NCBI GenBank assembly: GCA_028712705.1
Contig: JAQTPP010000002.1
Location: forward strand, 43,180-107,179
DNA from: Candidatus Daviesbacteria bacterium
GTDB lineage: Bacteria > Patescibacteriota > Microgenomatia > Daviesbacterales > UBA10151
Length of the DNA: 64,000 nucleotides
Reading direction: 5' to 3'
Each line of letters starts with the position of its first letter. The stretch's first letter is position 1. The position numbers were made by a program, and so were the translations under genes. Below, in pieces: positions 1 to 10,200 of the stretch. The notes beneath the pieces were generated by a model. That model ran no database searches and was not told the origin of the DNA. It was given only the letters and a program-made list of their open reading frames with translations.

Positions 1-124
1 CACCGAAAGAGAAAATGGGATTTGGGTTAGTTGTACTTTTTGAAAAGGATAGATCGAATACAGAGGTGGTTGATGAACATCAAATTACAACAGGGATATT
101 ATCAGAGGTAGCCAATTTTTTGGT

Positions 125-838
125 TTAAGCATCCTCCAGTGTTTGCTTTTTTATTAGTGAAAAATCATCTTTTTCTTCCACAAATGATTTATATGAAAGC
201 TTTGGATTAGTCTTGGAAAAGTAACTGAGGATTTCTTCCGGATGAATCCACTCCGTTTTTCTTTTTCCCAGGTATTCAGGATAAGAAGATGGTTGTTGTT
301 CCCAGTTTTGTAAGGTCTGTCCTTCAGGGTGTATCCTTTCTGAAGATTGGTGAATCAATGCTTGCTTATGAATATATTTAGATAGATATACGAACTGTTC
401 TTCAGTCTCTATGGATACAGCTTTATAGGTATCCTGATATAGAGATCCAACTCTTTTGTATTTTCGATTAAAGTACATCGTGTACCGAGTACCTAGGGAT
501 TGCATAAATTTATCCATAGAAACAGAACTCCTTTGCTTGATAAAAAAATGAAAATGATTAGGCATTAAACAATAGGCAAGTAGAAGAATTTCCTCATAAA
601 AGTTATTCAACCTTAGAAGTTTTAGTATGTCGTTTTTTTCTTTATAGGAAATATTTGGATCGGATAGCTCTTTGAATAAAATTCTTTCATTTTTAGGTAA
701 TAAATAATTTTTGAGATAGGATAGAAAAACGATGTAGTCCTGTTCATCAAGGAATATCAATCTTTTTTCGACTCCGCGGTTGTAGATATGATAATAATTA
801 TTTTCAATATATTGTTTGGTTCTATTGCGTGCAGGCAT
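125..838 (-). CDS. IS200/IS605-like HUH (Y1) transposase, REP-associated tyrosine transposase-like
   Basis: 237-aa ORF. HUH motif 'MPNHFHFF' and N-terminal 'YHIYNRGVEKRLIF' typical of COG1943/IS200-like transposases. A REP-like hairpin lies adjacent. Confidence 0.7.
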   Translation of the reverse strand: MPARNRTKQYIENNYYHIYNRGVEKRLIFLDEQDYIVFLSYLKNYLLPKNERILFKELSDPNISYKEKNDILKLLRLNNFYEEILLLAYCLMPNHFHFFIKQRSSVSMDKFMQSLGTRYTMYFNRKYKRVGSLYQDTYKAVSIETEEQFVYLSKYIHKQALIHQSSERIHPEGQTLQNWEQQPSSYPEYLGKRKTEWIHPEEILSYFSKTNPKLSYKSFVEEKDDFSLIKKQTLEDA

Positions 839-870
839 ACTAGTATTGTATCCGGTTTAGTAAATTTATC

Positions 871-912
871 AAGGTGTATCCTTCTAAGGACGGACCTATA
901 AGGATACACCTT
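871..912. repeat. REP-like hairpin: perfect 13-bp inverted repeat AAGGTGTATCCTT / AAGGATACACCTT with a 16-nt loop
   Basis: Read directly from the sequence, just outside the start codon of the HUH transposase gene. Confidence 0.6.
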
Positions 913-986
913 AAAAGCTTGAAGCGGAAAGATTAATGACGTATGATTATAATTGATGGAAATATATTAAATGGAGATATATTAAA

Positions 987-2108
987 ATGATGAAAATATT
1001 GGTAACAGGGGCGCATTTTACGCCGGCAGTGGCAACTATTGAGGAACTGAAGAAGATTAATGGATTAGATGTAGTTTATGCCGGAAGAAAAACGACTCAG
1101 GAAGGAGATAAGACCCCTTCGGTAGAGTCGCAAGTTCTGCCAGCGTTGGGGGTTAAATTTATTCCAATGATAGCCGGAAGGTTGCAAAGAGTTTTTACTC
1201 TTTATACAATTCCATCTCTTTTTAAAATACCGGTTGGTTTTATTCAGGCTTTATACATAATTTTATCGGAAAAGCCGGATGTAATTTTATCCTTTGGCGG
1301 ATATGTGGCAGTGCCTGTTGTAATAGCTGGTTGGCTTTTTTCGATTCCGATTATTATTCATGAACAAACTCTGGTGTCGGGTTTGGCCAATAAAATAAGT
1401 GCATTTTGTGCAGATAAAATTGCTGTATCTTTTGAACAAGATGTATTTAAGAGTGAAAAAGTTGTTTTAACAGGTAATCCAATCAGGCGTGAAATTGTCG
1501 AAATATCCCAAGGTGTCAAGCTAATCCACACCAGGGGTGGGTTAGAAGTGCCGACTATTTTAATCATGGGGGGGAATCAAGGATCACATATTATTAACCT
1601 GGCTGTTGAAGAAGTTTTAAATAAATTGACTAAATTAGCTTATGTGATTCATGCAACCGGAGATAATAAATATGGAGATTTCGAGAGGCTAGAGAGACTG
1701 GGGAGATTTGGGGAGAGGTATTTGGCCAAGAAATGGATCGGGAAAGGATATGGAGCAATTCTAAAAAAAGCCGATTTGGTAATTTCACGAGCGGGGATAA
1801 ACACCCTGACAGAGTTAGCCTGTTTAGGAAAACCCGCATTAGTTATTCCAATTCCATATCTCTATCAAGACGAACAAAATAAAAATGCCCGATATTTTGA
1901 AAAACTTGGGTTAGTAAGAATCCTGCCGCAATCCAAATTGTCCGCAGAAGCATTATTTAAAAATATCAGGGTTATGTTAAGTGATTTGAATCAATTAATA
2001 GAAAGAGCGAAAAAAGCCAAGAAAGTTATCGTTCCCGATGCTGCTAAAAGGTTAGCACTTGAGACAATACTTTTGGCAAAAAATCTCGGGGTGTGTACAA
2101 GTGGGTAA
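987..2108 (+). CDS. murG: UDP-N-acetylglucosamine--N-acetylmuramyl-(pentapeptide) pyrophosphoryl-undecaprenol GlcNAc transferase (MurG)
   Basis: 373 aa. GT28 N- and C-domain motifs ('FGGYVAVP', 'GGNQGS'). Position upstream of ftsQAZ. Confidence 0.85.
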   Translation: MMKILVTGAHFTPAVATIEELKKINGLDVVYAGRKTTQEGDKTPSVESQVLPALGVKFIPMIAGRLQRVFTLYTIPSLFKIPVGFIQALYIILSEKPDVILSFGGYVAVPVVIAGWLFSIPIIIHEQTLVSGLANKISAFCADKIAVSFEQDVFKSEKVVLTGNPIRREIVEISQGVKLIHTRGGLEVPTILIMGGNQGSHIINLAVEEVLNKLTKLAYVIHATGDNKYGDFERLERLGRFGERYLAKKWIGKGYGAILKKADLVISRAGINTLTELACLGKPALVIPIPYLYQDEQNKNARYFEKLGLVRILPQSKLSAEALFKNIRVMLSDLNQLIERAKKAKKVIVPDAAKRLALETILLAKNLGVCTSG

Positions 2109-2109
2109 T

Positions 2110-2940
2110 ATGGTTAGAAAAGAAAAAAGAAGATTTTTAAGATTTTCAAAAATTATTTTTTTACCACTTTTAGGTTTATTTATTTTAATAATTTTATTGG
2201 TTGCCCGTTCCAGTTTTTTTAGTATCAAACAAATAGAAATTCTAGGGGACAAAATAGGCTGTGCGGATAGCGACCAATTGAAAAATGAATCGGGTTTGTA
2301 TGGACAAAATTTTTTCGTACTGAATAGTAAAAATTTACAAGAAAGACTAAAGACAAAATTCGTCTGCATAAAGACTGTTACGGTTAGCCGTTTGATTCCT
2401 GATAAAGTAAAACTGGAAATTGCCTCCAGGAAACCGGGTGCAATTTTACTTAATCTTAAAGATAAACAGGCTTCCCCCAGTTCTTTAATTGAAAATATTG
2501 CAACTCCCGAAGCCGCAGCGGCGCAGGATTCCTACATGGTAGACGATGAAGGTGTGGTTTTCTCCAAAAGTATAGATAATCCGGATATTCCAAAAATTTA
2601 CATTTATGATTCAGACATTGCTATTGGGAAGAAGCTGAAAAACAGTTTAATTAATAATTCTTTGAAGATTTTGGATAGAATTAAAAAATTTGGTGTAATT
2701 GCAAAAAAAAGCTGGATCGCTGAAGATTTTTTCATCATAAATCCGGACACGATGGATCCCAAAATAATTTTTCGATTAAATGATCAAATAGATATTCAAC
2801 TTGCATCTTTACAATTAATCCTGACTGACGCTAAAATAGACTTGAGAGAGCTCGCGTTTGTCGATTTAAGATTTGATAAACCGATTGTGAGATTTGCCCC
2901 TAAAAACCATGACTGGAGACGAACAAGTTCTCTTTTGTAA
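2110..2940 (+). CDS. ftsQ: Cell division protein FtsQ/DivIB-like (single N-terminal TM plus POTRA-like region)
   Basis: Conserved position between murG and ftsA. N-terminal TM helix 'IIFLPLLGLFILIILLV'. Start placed after the murG stop rather than at the overlapping 2059 ATG. Confidence 0.55.
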   Translation: MVRKEKRRFLRFSKIIFLPLLGLFILIILLVARSSFFSIKQIEILGDKIGCADSDQLKNESGLYGQNFFVLNSKNLQERLKTKFVCIKTVTVSRLIPDKVKLEIASRKPGAILLNLKDKQASPSSLIENIATPEAAAAQDSYMVDDEGVVFSKSIDNPDIPKIYIYDSDIAIGKKLKNSLINNSLKILDRIKKFGVIAKKSWIAEDFFIINPDTMDPKIIFRLNDQIDIQLASLQLILTDAKIDLRELAFVDLRFDKPIVRFAPKNHDWRRTSSLL

Positions 2941-2966
2941 TAAATTATATATAGAAAGGTATAGCA

Positions 2967-4271
2967 GTGGCAAAAGATAAAATTATTTGCGGAATAGATG
3001 TCGGTTCATCAAAAATAGCAACTCTTATTGCATCAGCGGATGAATCCGGTAAATTAAATTTAATTGGAGTTTCTTCAACAGTTTCAAAAGGTGTTAAAAA
3101 AACACAGGTAGTTGATATAGATGAAGCAGTGGAAGCTATAACAGAATCTGTAGAGGCGGCCGAACGAATGGCCGGTTACTCTATTTCGCAAGCATTCATA
3201 TCTCTCGGCGGGCCTCAAATAGAAAGCGTTAACCAGCATGCAGTCGTAGCTGTTTCCGAGCCTGAAGGCGAGATTAAGGAATCAGATGTGAGAAGGGTAA
3301 ATGATGCGGCTCGGGCAATGTCGCTTCCTTCATCAAGGGAAATACTTCATGTGATCCCGCGCACTTTTACAGTTGACGGACAAGAGGGTATAAAAGATCC
3401 GACAGGAATGACCGGAGTGAGGCTTGAAACGGAAACACACATTATTACCGGCTCTGCAACTTCAATGAGAAATCTTGTCAAATGTATTTCGCAAGTAGGA
3501 ATTGATGTAACGGAGTTAGTTTTTTCAGGTATTGCCTCGGCGTTGGCTGTTTTAACCGATACGGAAAAGGAATTAGGGGTGGTCTTAGTCGATATTGGCG
3601 GAGAAACAACAGATGTTGTCGTTTTTATAGATGGATCTGTTGCTTATTCGTCAGTTGTACCGATTGGTGCGCGTCATATCACTTCAGATATGGCTGTAGG
3701 GCTTCGGGTGTCACTCGAATCGGCAGAGAAAATCAAATTGTCGTTGAATAAGATTCCAAAAATTCCCGCAATGGCTGAAGAAACAGAAGAAGAAAATAGT
3801 AAAGCTAACCTAAATCACAAGAAAAAAGATGAGGAGGTAATAGATGTTAAGTCTTTGGGGATTCAGGAGGACATACAAAAAATTTCCCGCAAATCAGTAG
3901 TTGACGGAATTATTAAACCCCGATTACAGGAGATATTTAAATTTGTTGGTAAAGAAATTAAAAAGAGCGGTTTTGGAACACAAACACCGTCTGGTTTGGT
4001 GCTCTGCGGAGGCGGTGCCCAAACGATTGGAGTTTTGGAGCAGGCAAAATATGTACTCGGTTTTCCTGCAAGGCTTGGCACTATTGAAGGCTTGTCAGGA
4101 CTTGTAGAAGAAATAGATTCTCCTGCGTTTGCATCTGCGGCCGGACTTATTTTTTATGGGGCGACACAAAATACTCAAGGTCAATTGCATATACCTGTTT
4201 TATCCGGAAGCTTACCGATTAAAGGAATGATTCAAAAAGGAATAGATTTAGTAAAATCATTTCTGCCCTAG
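2967..4271 (+). CDS. ftsA: Cell division protein FtsA (actin-like ATPase)
   Basis: 434 aa. 'GIDVGSSKI' phosphate-1 motif and 'LCGGGAQ' motif. GTG start. Lies immediately upstream of ftsZ. Confidence 0.85.
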   Translation: MAKDKIICGIDVGSSKIATLIASADESGKLNLIGVSSTVSKGVKKTQVVDIDEAVEAITESVEAAERMAGYSISQAFISLGGPQIESVNQHAVVAVSEPEGEIKESDVRRVNDAARAMSLPSSREILHVIPRTFTVDGQEGIKDPTGMTGVRLETETHIITGSATSMRNLVKCISQVGIDVTELVFSGIASALAVLTDTEKELGVVLVDIGGETTDVVVFIDGSVAYSSVVPIGARHITSDMAVGLRVSLESAEKIKLSLNKIPKIPAMAEETEEENSKANLNHKKKDEEVIDVKSLGIQEDIQKISRKSVVDGIIKPRLQEIFKFVGKEIKKSGFGTQTPSGLVLCGGGAQTIGVLEQAKYVLGFPARLGTIEGLSGLVEEIDSPAFASAAGLIFYGATQNTQGQLHIPVLSGSLPIKGMIQKGIDLVKSFLP

Positions 4272-4335
4272 GCTCTTGCAATTTTAAATAGTAATCTGTT
4301 ATATTCTGCCCGAGAGGAAATTATATTATAGAGCT

Positions 4336-5496
4336 ATGTTAATTAAACCTGATGTTCAACGATTTGCCAAGATTAAAGTGATGGGATTGGGAGGCGGCGG
4401 TTCCAATTCTTTAAACTTAATGATCTCCATGCAGCAGATTCAAGGAGTAGAGTTTGTGGCTGTAAATACAGATGCCCAGGCTTTGCTTAATAACCAATCT
4501 CCTACTAAAGTTCAAATCGGAGAAACTTTAACCAAGGGATTGGGCTCGGGAGGAGATCCTGAAGTGGGCAGGCAAGCTGCTGAAGAATCCTCGCAAAAAC
4601 TTGAAGATGTGTTGTCTGATGCCGATATGGTATTTCTAACTGCCGGAATGGGCGGAGGAACAGGAACGGGTTCCATACCGATTGTGGCTCAGGTTGCAAA
4701 AAATCTGGGCGCTTTGACTGTTGCTGTTGTTACCAAGCCTTTTTCTTTTGAAGGCACAAGACGCATGATGGTGGCGGAAGAAGGGATAGAAAAACTTAAA
4801 GATAAAGTAGACGCCTTGATTGTTATTCCTAATCAGCGGCTTTTGGAAACGGTTGAAAAAAATATGACTTTGCAGGAGGCATTCAAATTGGCAGATTCGG
4901 TGTTGGGTCAGGGTGTCCAGGGTATTTCCGATTTGATTACAATGCCAGGTCTTATTAATGTTGATTTTGCCGATGTAAAAACTATTATGTCTAATGCCGG
5001 TTCGGCGCTCATGGGAATCGGTGTGGCAGGCGGAGACAATCGGGCCGCTGCGGCGGCCAGGATGGCAATAGCATCACCGCTTCTCGAAGTTTCAATTGAG
5101 GGAGCAAAAGGCGTGCTTTTCAATATTGTCGGCGGATCTGATTTGTCAATGACAGAGGTGAATGAAGCTGCTCAAATCATTGCCCAAGCTGCAGATCCGG
5201 ATGCCAATATAATCTTTGGTGCAACTATTAAAGAAGATCAGCTGGATCAGATAAAGATTTCGGTTATAGCAACAGGTTTTGATGAAACAAGAAGAAGACT
5301 GCGGGAGTATATAGGGACCGGTATAGGCTCCGGTTCTCTTCAACAACAAACTAATCCCTGGGTAAAATCAACTCCGGTAGCGGATGAGCCCGAAATACCG
5401 CAAGCATTATCAGAACAAGAAGAAACCGTCAATGAACAGACTAATGAAAATGATGAAGATTTAGAAATCCCAGCATTTCTAAGGTCTAATCGTTAA
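4336..5496 (+). CDS. ftsZ: Cell division GTPase FtsZ
   Basis: Tubulin signature 'GGGTGTG', plus 'NTDAQAL' and 'GLGGGGSN' motifs. Confidence 0.95.
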   Translation: MLIKPDVQRFAKIKVMGLGGGGSNSLNLMISMQQIQGVEFVAVNTDAQALLNNQSPTKVQIGETLTKGLGSGGDPEVGRQAAEESSQKLEDVLSDADMVFLTAGMGGGTGTGSIPIVAQVAKNLGALTVAVVTKPFSFEGTRRMMVAEEGIEKLKDKVDALIVIPNQRLLETVEKNMTLQEAFKLADSVLGQGVQGISDLITMPGLINVDFADVKTIMSNAGSALMGIGVAGGDNRAAAAARMAIASPLLEVSIEGAKGVLFNIVGGSDLSMTEVNEAAQIIAQAADPDANIIFGATIKEDQLDQIKISVIATGFDETRRRLREYIGTGIGSGSLQQQTNPWVKSTPVADEPEIPQALSEQEETVNEQTNENDEDLEIPAFLRSNR

Positions 5497-5545
5497 AATA
5501 GAGATTTTGACATAAGATTAAATTATTGTTAATATTATTTAAGTT

Positions 5546-5617
5546 ATGAATATCCAAAATTCGATAAGCATTATTATTGCAATTATTACCTCCAGGAAGG
5601 GAGGGTTCTTCGCGTAA
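5546..5617 (+). CDS. Putative Ile-rich leader peptide (MNIQNSISIIIAIITSRKGGFFA)
   Basis: 23-codon ORF with 7 Ile codons. Overlaps the 5' arm of an alternative stem upstream of a hairpin plus U8 tract. Located directly upstream of the cimA-like gene. Confidence 0.4.
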   Translation: MNIQNSISIIIAIITSRKGGFFA

Positions 5618-5669
5618 CTTAAATTAAGTTTCGCAGAAAGGAAACCTCCCAAAAAAGGGGGTTTTTTTT
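5595..5669 (+). promoter_or_regulatory. Putative transcription attenuator: alternative stems plus intrinsic terminator (U8)
   Basis: GGGAGGGTT (5599-5607) is complementary to AACCTCCC (5643-5650). CTCCC (5646-5650) pairs with GGGGG (5657-5661), followed by TTTTTTTT. Confidence 0.4.
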
Positions 5670-5676
5670 GTGGAAA

Positions 5677-7218
5677 ATGAACAGATTTATTAAATCAAAG
5701 AAAATTGAGACATATGATACAACGCTACGAGATGGTGCCCAAGATCCGCGATCAAGGTCTTCTGTGGAGAAAAAATTAAAGATAGCAAGTCTCCTTCAGG
5801 ATTTTGGGTTTGATTATATTGAAGGTGGTTGGCCCGGAGCAAATGAGGTTGATACAGAGTTTTTCCGACGAGCCGGAAAGATTTTTAAGAAAAATAAATT
5901 AGTGGCTTTTGGTATGACTATAAAAAATACTCAAGTAGAAAAAGATGTAGGTTTAAAAAAGTTACTGGAAAGTGGGACAAGTATAATTACTCTGGTTGGA
6001 AAAACTTGGAAACAAAATGTTGAAAGGACGATTCGTATACCGGGGCAACAAAATTTGGATAATATTTACGAGAGTATTAGATTTTTAGTAGCACAAGGAA
6101 GAGAAGTACTTTTCGATGCGGAACATTGGTTTGACAGTTACAGACAGAATAAAAATTATGCATTTAAGACTCTTGAGGCGGCTCTTGCCGGAAGAGCAAG
6201 CAGATTAATTCTTTGTGATACCAGAGGCGCTGGTACTGATAGGTTTATATTTGAGGCAACCGCCGCTGCTATTGCCAGATTTCCTGAGGCTCGATTTGGT
6301 ATTCATGTGCATAACGATGGAGGATTGGCTGTAATAAATACCATCCGGGCAGTTGAAGCAGGAGCAATTCATGTTCAGGGCACTATGAATGGGATTGGAG
6401 AAAGAGTCGGTAATTTGGATTGGTATTCTTTTTTGTCAACTGCGCAGTTTAAATATGCAATTGAAATGGGGTTAGACTTGACTAAATTAACTGGATTTGC
6501 CCATACTGTTGCACTCATCAGCGGAATTCCTGTTCCTATTAATGCTCCATATGTAGGTTTATATGCTTTTGCCCATAAAGGTGGCCTTCATGCTTCCGGT
6601 CAAAGAAGAGACCGGGAGGCTTATGAACATATTAAGCCGGAGTGCGTCGGTAATAAACGGGTATATGTTTTTTCGGAACAAGGCGGTAGCGCTCATTTGG
6701 AGTTTATGTTAAAAGATCATGGTTATACTTTAAATAGAAAAAACCCAAAATTTAGGGCATTATTAGGAAAAATGAAGCAATATCAATGTTTTGGTAGAGC
6801 TCAAGAAACTTTATTCCTTTATGAAAATATGGAAGGAGGATTAATGCCGTTTACCATTTTAGATGGGAGTGGTGTAGAAGATTTTAGCCCGCTGCCACCA
6901 AAAGCTTATGTTAATGTGCAGGTTAATGGTGACAAATATCATAAAGAAGCAATTGGGGATGGGCCAATAAATGCATTTGATATTGCACTTAAAAAAGCCC
7001 TATCAGCTAAATATCCGGAAGTAAATGAAATAAGGCTTTTGGGATATGGAGTTAGTTTACCAAATGGTGATCCCAGTACGGCAGCTGAAGTTGAAGTTTG
7101 TATTAAGGTAGAATTTGATGGTGAAGAAATAACTTCTGTAGTTCGTGACACTAACCAGCAAAGAGCAGGCGAAAAGGCCTTAGCAGATGCCTATAATTGC
7201 TGTATTATAGAGAATTAA
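5677..7218 (+). CDS. cimA: Citramalate synthase-like / 2-isopropylmalate synthase family protein (LeuA/CimA, TIGR00977-like)
   Basis: Motifs 'YDTTLRDGAQ', 'EGGWPGAN' and 'HVHNDGGLAVINT' of the HMGL-like superfamily. A C-terminal regulatory-domain-like region is present. Start taken at the ATG at 5677 rather than the TTG at 5668. Confidence 0.65.
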   Translation: MNRFIKSKKIETYDTTLRDGAQDPRSRSSVEKKLKIASLLQDFGFDYIEGGWPGANEVDTEFFRRAGKIFKKNKLVAFGMTIKNTQVEKDVGLKKLLESGTSIITLVGKTWKQNVERTIRIPGQQNLDNIYESIRFLVAQGREVLFDAEHWFDSYRQNKNYAFKTLEAALAGRASRLILCDTRGAGTDRFIFEATAAAIARFPEARFGIHVHNDGGLAVINTIRAVEAGAIHVQGTMNGIGERVGNLDWYSFLSTAQFKYAIEMGLDLTKLTGFAHTVALISGIPVPINAPYVGLYAFAHKGGLHASGQRRDREAYEHIKPECVGNKRVYVFSEQGGSAHLEFMLKDHGYTLNRKNPKFRALLGKMKQYQCFGRAQETLFLYENMEGGLMPFTILDGSGVEDFSPLPPKAYVNVQVNGDKYHKEAIGDGPINAFDIALKKALSAKYPEVNEIRLLGYGVSLPNGDPSTAAEVEVCIKVEFDGEEITSVVRDTNQQRAGEKALADAYNCCIIEN

Positions 7219-7374
7219 AAGAAGTCTCTATGTTGTTATTGTAACTAAATATTCCATTTTTTGGCTATTGCCAATTATTGGAATATTTCTTTAATGACTT
7301 TAATGATTTAATTAATAGTTGCTAACTTAGTATTGCTTAGCTACAATTATAAAAGGTTTTATAGGAAGGTAAGA

Positions 7375-10200
7375 ATGTTTAAATCTGTTTCATCACAAGT
7401 TAATTTTCCGGCTTTGGAGGAAGAATTGCTTAAGTTTTGGAAGGAAAATCAAACTTTTGAAAAATCTATCGACACCAGACCCGAGGATAAAAAATGGACC
7501 TTTCTAGATGGACCTCCTTTTGTGACAGGTACACCACATTACGGCTCCCTTTTATCAAGTATTCCAAAAGATGTGTTCGGTAGATATTGGACAATGAAAG
7601 GTTACAGAGTTCGAAGAGTTTGGGGGTGGGACGGACATGGTCTGCCGGTAGAAAATAAGGTAGAGATAGAGCTTAAAATTAAAAGAAAAAAAGACATTGA
7701 GGAAAAAGTTGGAGTAAAGAGATTTATTGAGGAGTGCTTAAAGTACGTTAATCAGGTTTCCTCCGAGTGGGAATGGTACATTACTCATATCGGCAGATGG
7801 GTTGATTTTCAGCATGCTTACAAAACCTGGGATCTTTCTTACATGGAATCAGTGATGTGGGTTTTTAAGCAAATGTATGATAAAAATTTAATTTACAAAG
7901 GCTTGAGAGTTTCGCTGTATTGTCCGCATTGTGCCACGCCGATTTCTAATTTTGAAGTTGCCATGGATGCAGATAATTATAAAGATATAAGCGAGGCGAC
8001 AGCTGTTTATAAATACCAGCTTAAAGATGAACCTGACACTTTTCTTTTGGCTTGGTCCACCACCCCTTGGACTAAATTGGTTACTTTAAGTTTGGCAGTT
8101 AATCCAACGTTAACTTATGTAAAAGTAAATCAGGGGAAGGAAAATTATATTTTGGCAAAAGGTACGATAAAAATGCTCAAAGGTGACTTTAAAAAGTTAA
8201 CAGAATTTAAGGGTAAGGATTTAATAAACAAAGAATTTATACCACATTATTCATTTTATAAAATAGATCCCGGACAAAAAGCTTTTGTGGTAGTTGGTGA
8301 TAAGTTTGTGACAGCTGAGGAAGGAACTGGCATTGTGACTTTGGCAGTTTACGGTGAAGAAGATTTGGCTCTCTTACAAAGAGAAAACATTCCTTTAGCG
8401 ATGCATTTGGATGAGGAAGGAATAATAGAAGATTTTGTGCCTCAATTTGCAGGATTAAATTATTTGGAAGCAGATGAAAAAATAATTGATGATTTAAATA
8501 AAAGAGGATTGATATATCGAGTAGACAGTTATATCCATTCTGTACCTCATTGTTGGCGGTGCGGCACTAGACTTTTTTATGCGCCAAAAGATGCTTGGTA
8601 TGTAGATATACAAAAACTTAAACCGCAACTGTTTAAAAATAATGAACCAATTAATTGGTTCCCTAAACATTTTAAGTTTGGTAGGTTTGCCAAAAGTATG
8701 GAAGCTGCTCCTGATTGGAATATTTCCAGAAACAGGTATTGGGGTTCACCTGTACCGGTTTGGGAATGTGAATGCGGAAAAAGGATAGTTCCCGGCTCAA
8801 TTGCGGAGTTAAAAAAGCTTTCTGGTAAAAAAATTACTAATCTTCACAAACCTGATATTGATGAGGTAAAAATAAAATGTTTTAAGTGCCCTAAATTTGC
8901 AAAAAGGGTTCCTGAGGTTTTGGATTCCTGGATTGAAGCAGGTTCTGCTTCTTTTGCCGAAAGACATTTTCCTTTTGAAAAAGATATTAAGCTAGAAGAT
9001 TTTTTCCCGCCGGATTTTATAGCAGAATATACAGGTCAAATTAGAGCCTGGTTTTATGTTCTTCATGTGATTGGAACAGCGCTCTATGATTCTCCGTCTT
9101 TTAAAAATGTTTTGGTAGAAGGGGTGATGCTTGGAACTGATGGTAGAAAGATGAGCAAAAACTACAATAATTACCCGGATCCTAAAGAGTTGATGCAAAA
9201 ATATGGAGGGGATGCGTTAAGACTTTATCTTTTAGGCTCCCCTATTATGAAAGGAGAGGATGTTAATTTTTCAAATGATGGAGTACCAGAGATTACAAGG
9301 GGTTTTATATTGATTTTATGGAACTGCTATAAATATTTTGTCGACTATGCAACCACTTTTGAGTGGGAAAAAAGTAATTTGGAAAATTTAAATATCTTGG
9401 ACAAATGGATTTTATCAAAGCTTGCAAAACTTATCATAGAGGTAACAAAAAGTTATGAAAAATACGATACTTTTTCGGCTGTTAAATGCTTGCGGGAGTT
9501 TATTGTTAATGATTTATCAACTTGGTATATCAGAAGGTCAAGAGATAGGATTAGCGGGGAGAGCGATGCTGCAAGAAATACATCTTTAAGCGTATTGCGC
9601 AAAGTTTTAGTAACTTACTGCAAAATTCTGGCACCTATTGCTCCTTTTGTATCTGAGGAAATTTTTAAGAACTTGACTGGAGACGAATCTGTTCACTTGC
9701 AGGAGTTTCCCAGTGAAGATAAATCAATGTTGGATGAAAAATTAATGGAAGATATGATTGTGGTAAGAAAAATTGCAGAAGCTAGTCATGCCAAAAGAAA
9801 GGAGGCGGGGATTAAACTTAGACAACCTCTCGTCTCTGTTTTATACAAATTGCCAGAGAGATTAAATGAAGAATTGGAAAAAATTCTTGTGGAAGAACTT
9901 AATGTTAAACATATTGAGTATGAAAAGTCCTCATCTGTGGAACCGCAGGTAATTTTGAATACTAATATTACTCAAGAGTTGGCAGAGGAGGGTAAAGCGC
10001 GTGAGTTGATTCGTCAAGTTCAGCAGAACAGAAAAGAACAAAATATGACATTAGCTGATAAAACCAAAATTATTGCTCCAGAATGGCCACATGCTTTTGA
10101 AAAAGAGATATTAAAAAGCACTGTTTCTGTTTCTTTAGAAAATGGTCCGGAACTCAAGGTTTTAAAGGTGCAAGGAAATGAAAATTCTAAAACTTATTAA
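7375..10200 (+). CDS. ileS: Isoleucyl-tRNA synthetase (class I, type 2-like)
   Basis: HIGH-like 'PHYGS', KMSKS 'KMSKN', and 'WNISRNRYWGSPVPVW' resembling the IleRS 'WCISRQRYWG' motif. An editing-domain-sized insert is present. Confidence 0.75.
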   Translation: MFKSVSSQVNFPALEEELLKFWKENQTFEKSIDTRPEDKKWTFLDGPPFVTGTPHYGSLLSSIPKDVFGRYWTMKGYRVRRVWGWDGHGLPVENKVEIELKIKRKKDIEEKVGVKRFIEECLKYVNQVSSEWEWYITHIGRWVDFQHAYKTWDLSYMESVMWVFKQMYDKNLIYKGLRVSLYCPHCATPISNFEVAMDADNYKDISEATAVYKYQLKDEPDTFLLAWSTTPWTKLVTLSLAVNPTLTYVKVNQGKENYILAKGTIKMLKGDFKKLTEFKGKDLINKEFIPHYSFYKIDPGQKAFVVVGDKFVTAEEGTGIVTLAVYGEEDLALLQRENIPLAMHLDEEGIIEDFVPQFAGLNYLEADEKIIDDLNKRGLIYRVDSYIHSVPHCWRCGTRLFYAPKDAWYVDIQKLKPQLFKNNEPINWFPKHFKFGRFAKSMEAAPDWNISRNRYWGSPVPVWECECGKRIVPGSIAELKKLSGKKITNLHKPDIDEVKIKCFKCPKFAKRVPEVLDSWIEAGSASFAERHFPFEKDIKLEDFFPPDFIAEYTGQIRAWFYVLHVIGTALYDSPSFKNVLVEGVMLGTDGRKMSKNYNNYPDPKELMQKYGGDALRLYLLGSPIMKGEDVNFSNDGVPEITRGFILILWNCYKYFVDYATTFEWEKSNLENLNILDKWILSKLAKLIIEVTKSYEKYDTFSAVKCLREFIVNDLSTWYIRRSRDRISGESDAARNTSLSVLRKVLVTYCKILAPIAPFVSEEIFKNLTGDESVHLQEFPSEDKSMLDEKLMEDMIVVRKIAEASHAKRKEAGIKLRQPLVSVLYKLPERLNEELEKILVEELNVKHIEYEKSSSVEPQVILNTNITQELAEEGKARELIRQVQQNRKEQNMTLADKTKIIAPEWPHAFEKEILKSTVSVSLENGPELKVLKVQGNENSKTY

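Noticed and set aside
1358-1839. 69-aa antisense ORFs inside murG, and similar short antisense ORFs inside ftsA, ftsZ, dnaE, the helicase gene and others listed in the track
   Set aside because: Each is embedded opposite a well-supported conserved gene, is short, has atypical composition and has no independent signals.
7219-7374. T-box riboswitch upstream of ileS
   Set aside because: The intergenic region is only ~155 nt, AT-rich, and lacks an obvious T-box consensus (AATTAGGGTGGNACCGCG) or specifier/antiterminator arrangement. The hairpin at 7248-7288 is more simply a terminator for the upstream synthase gene.
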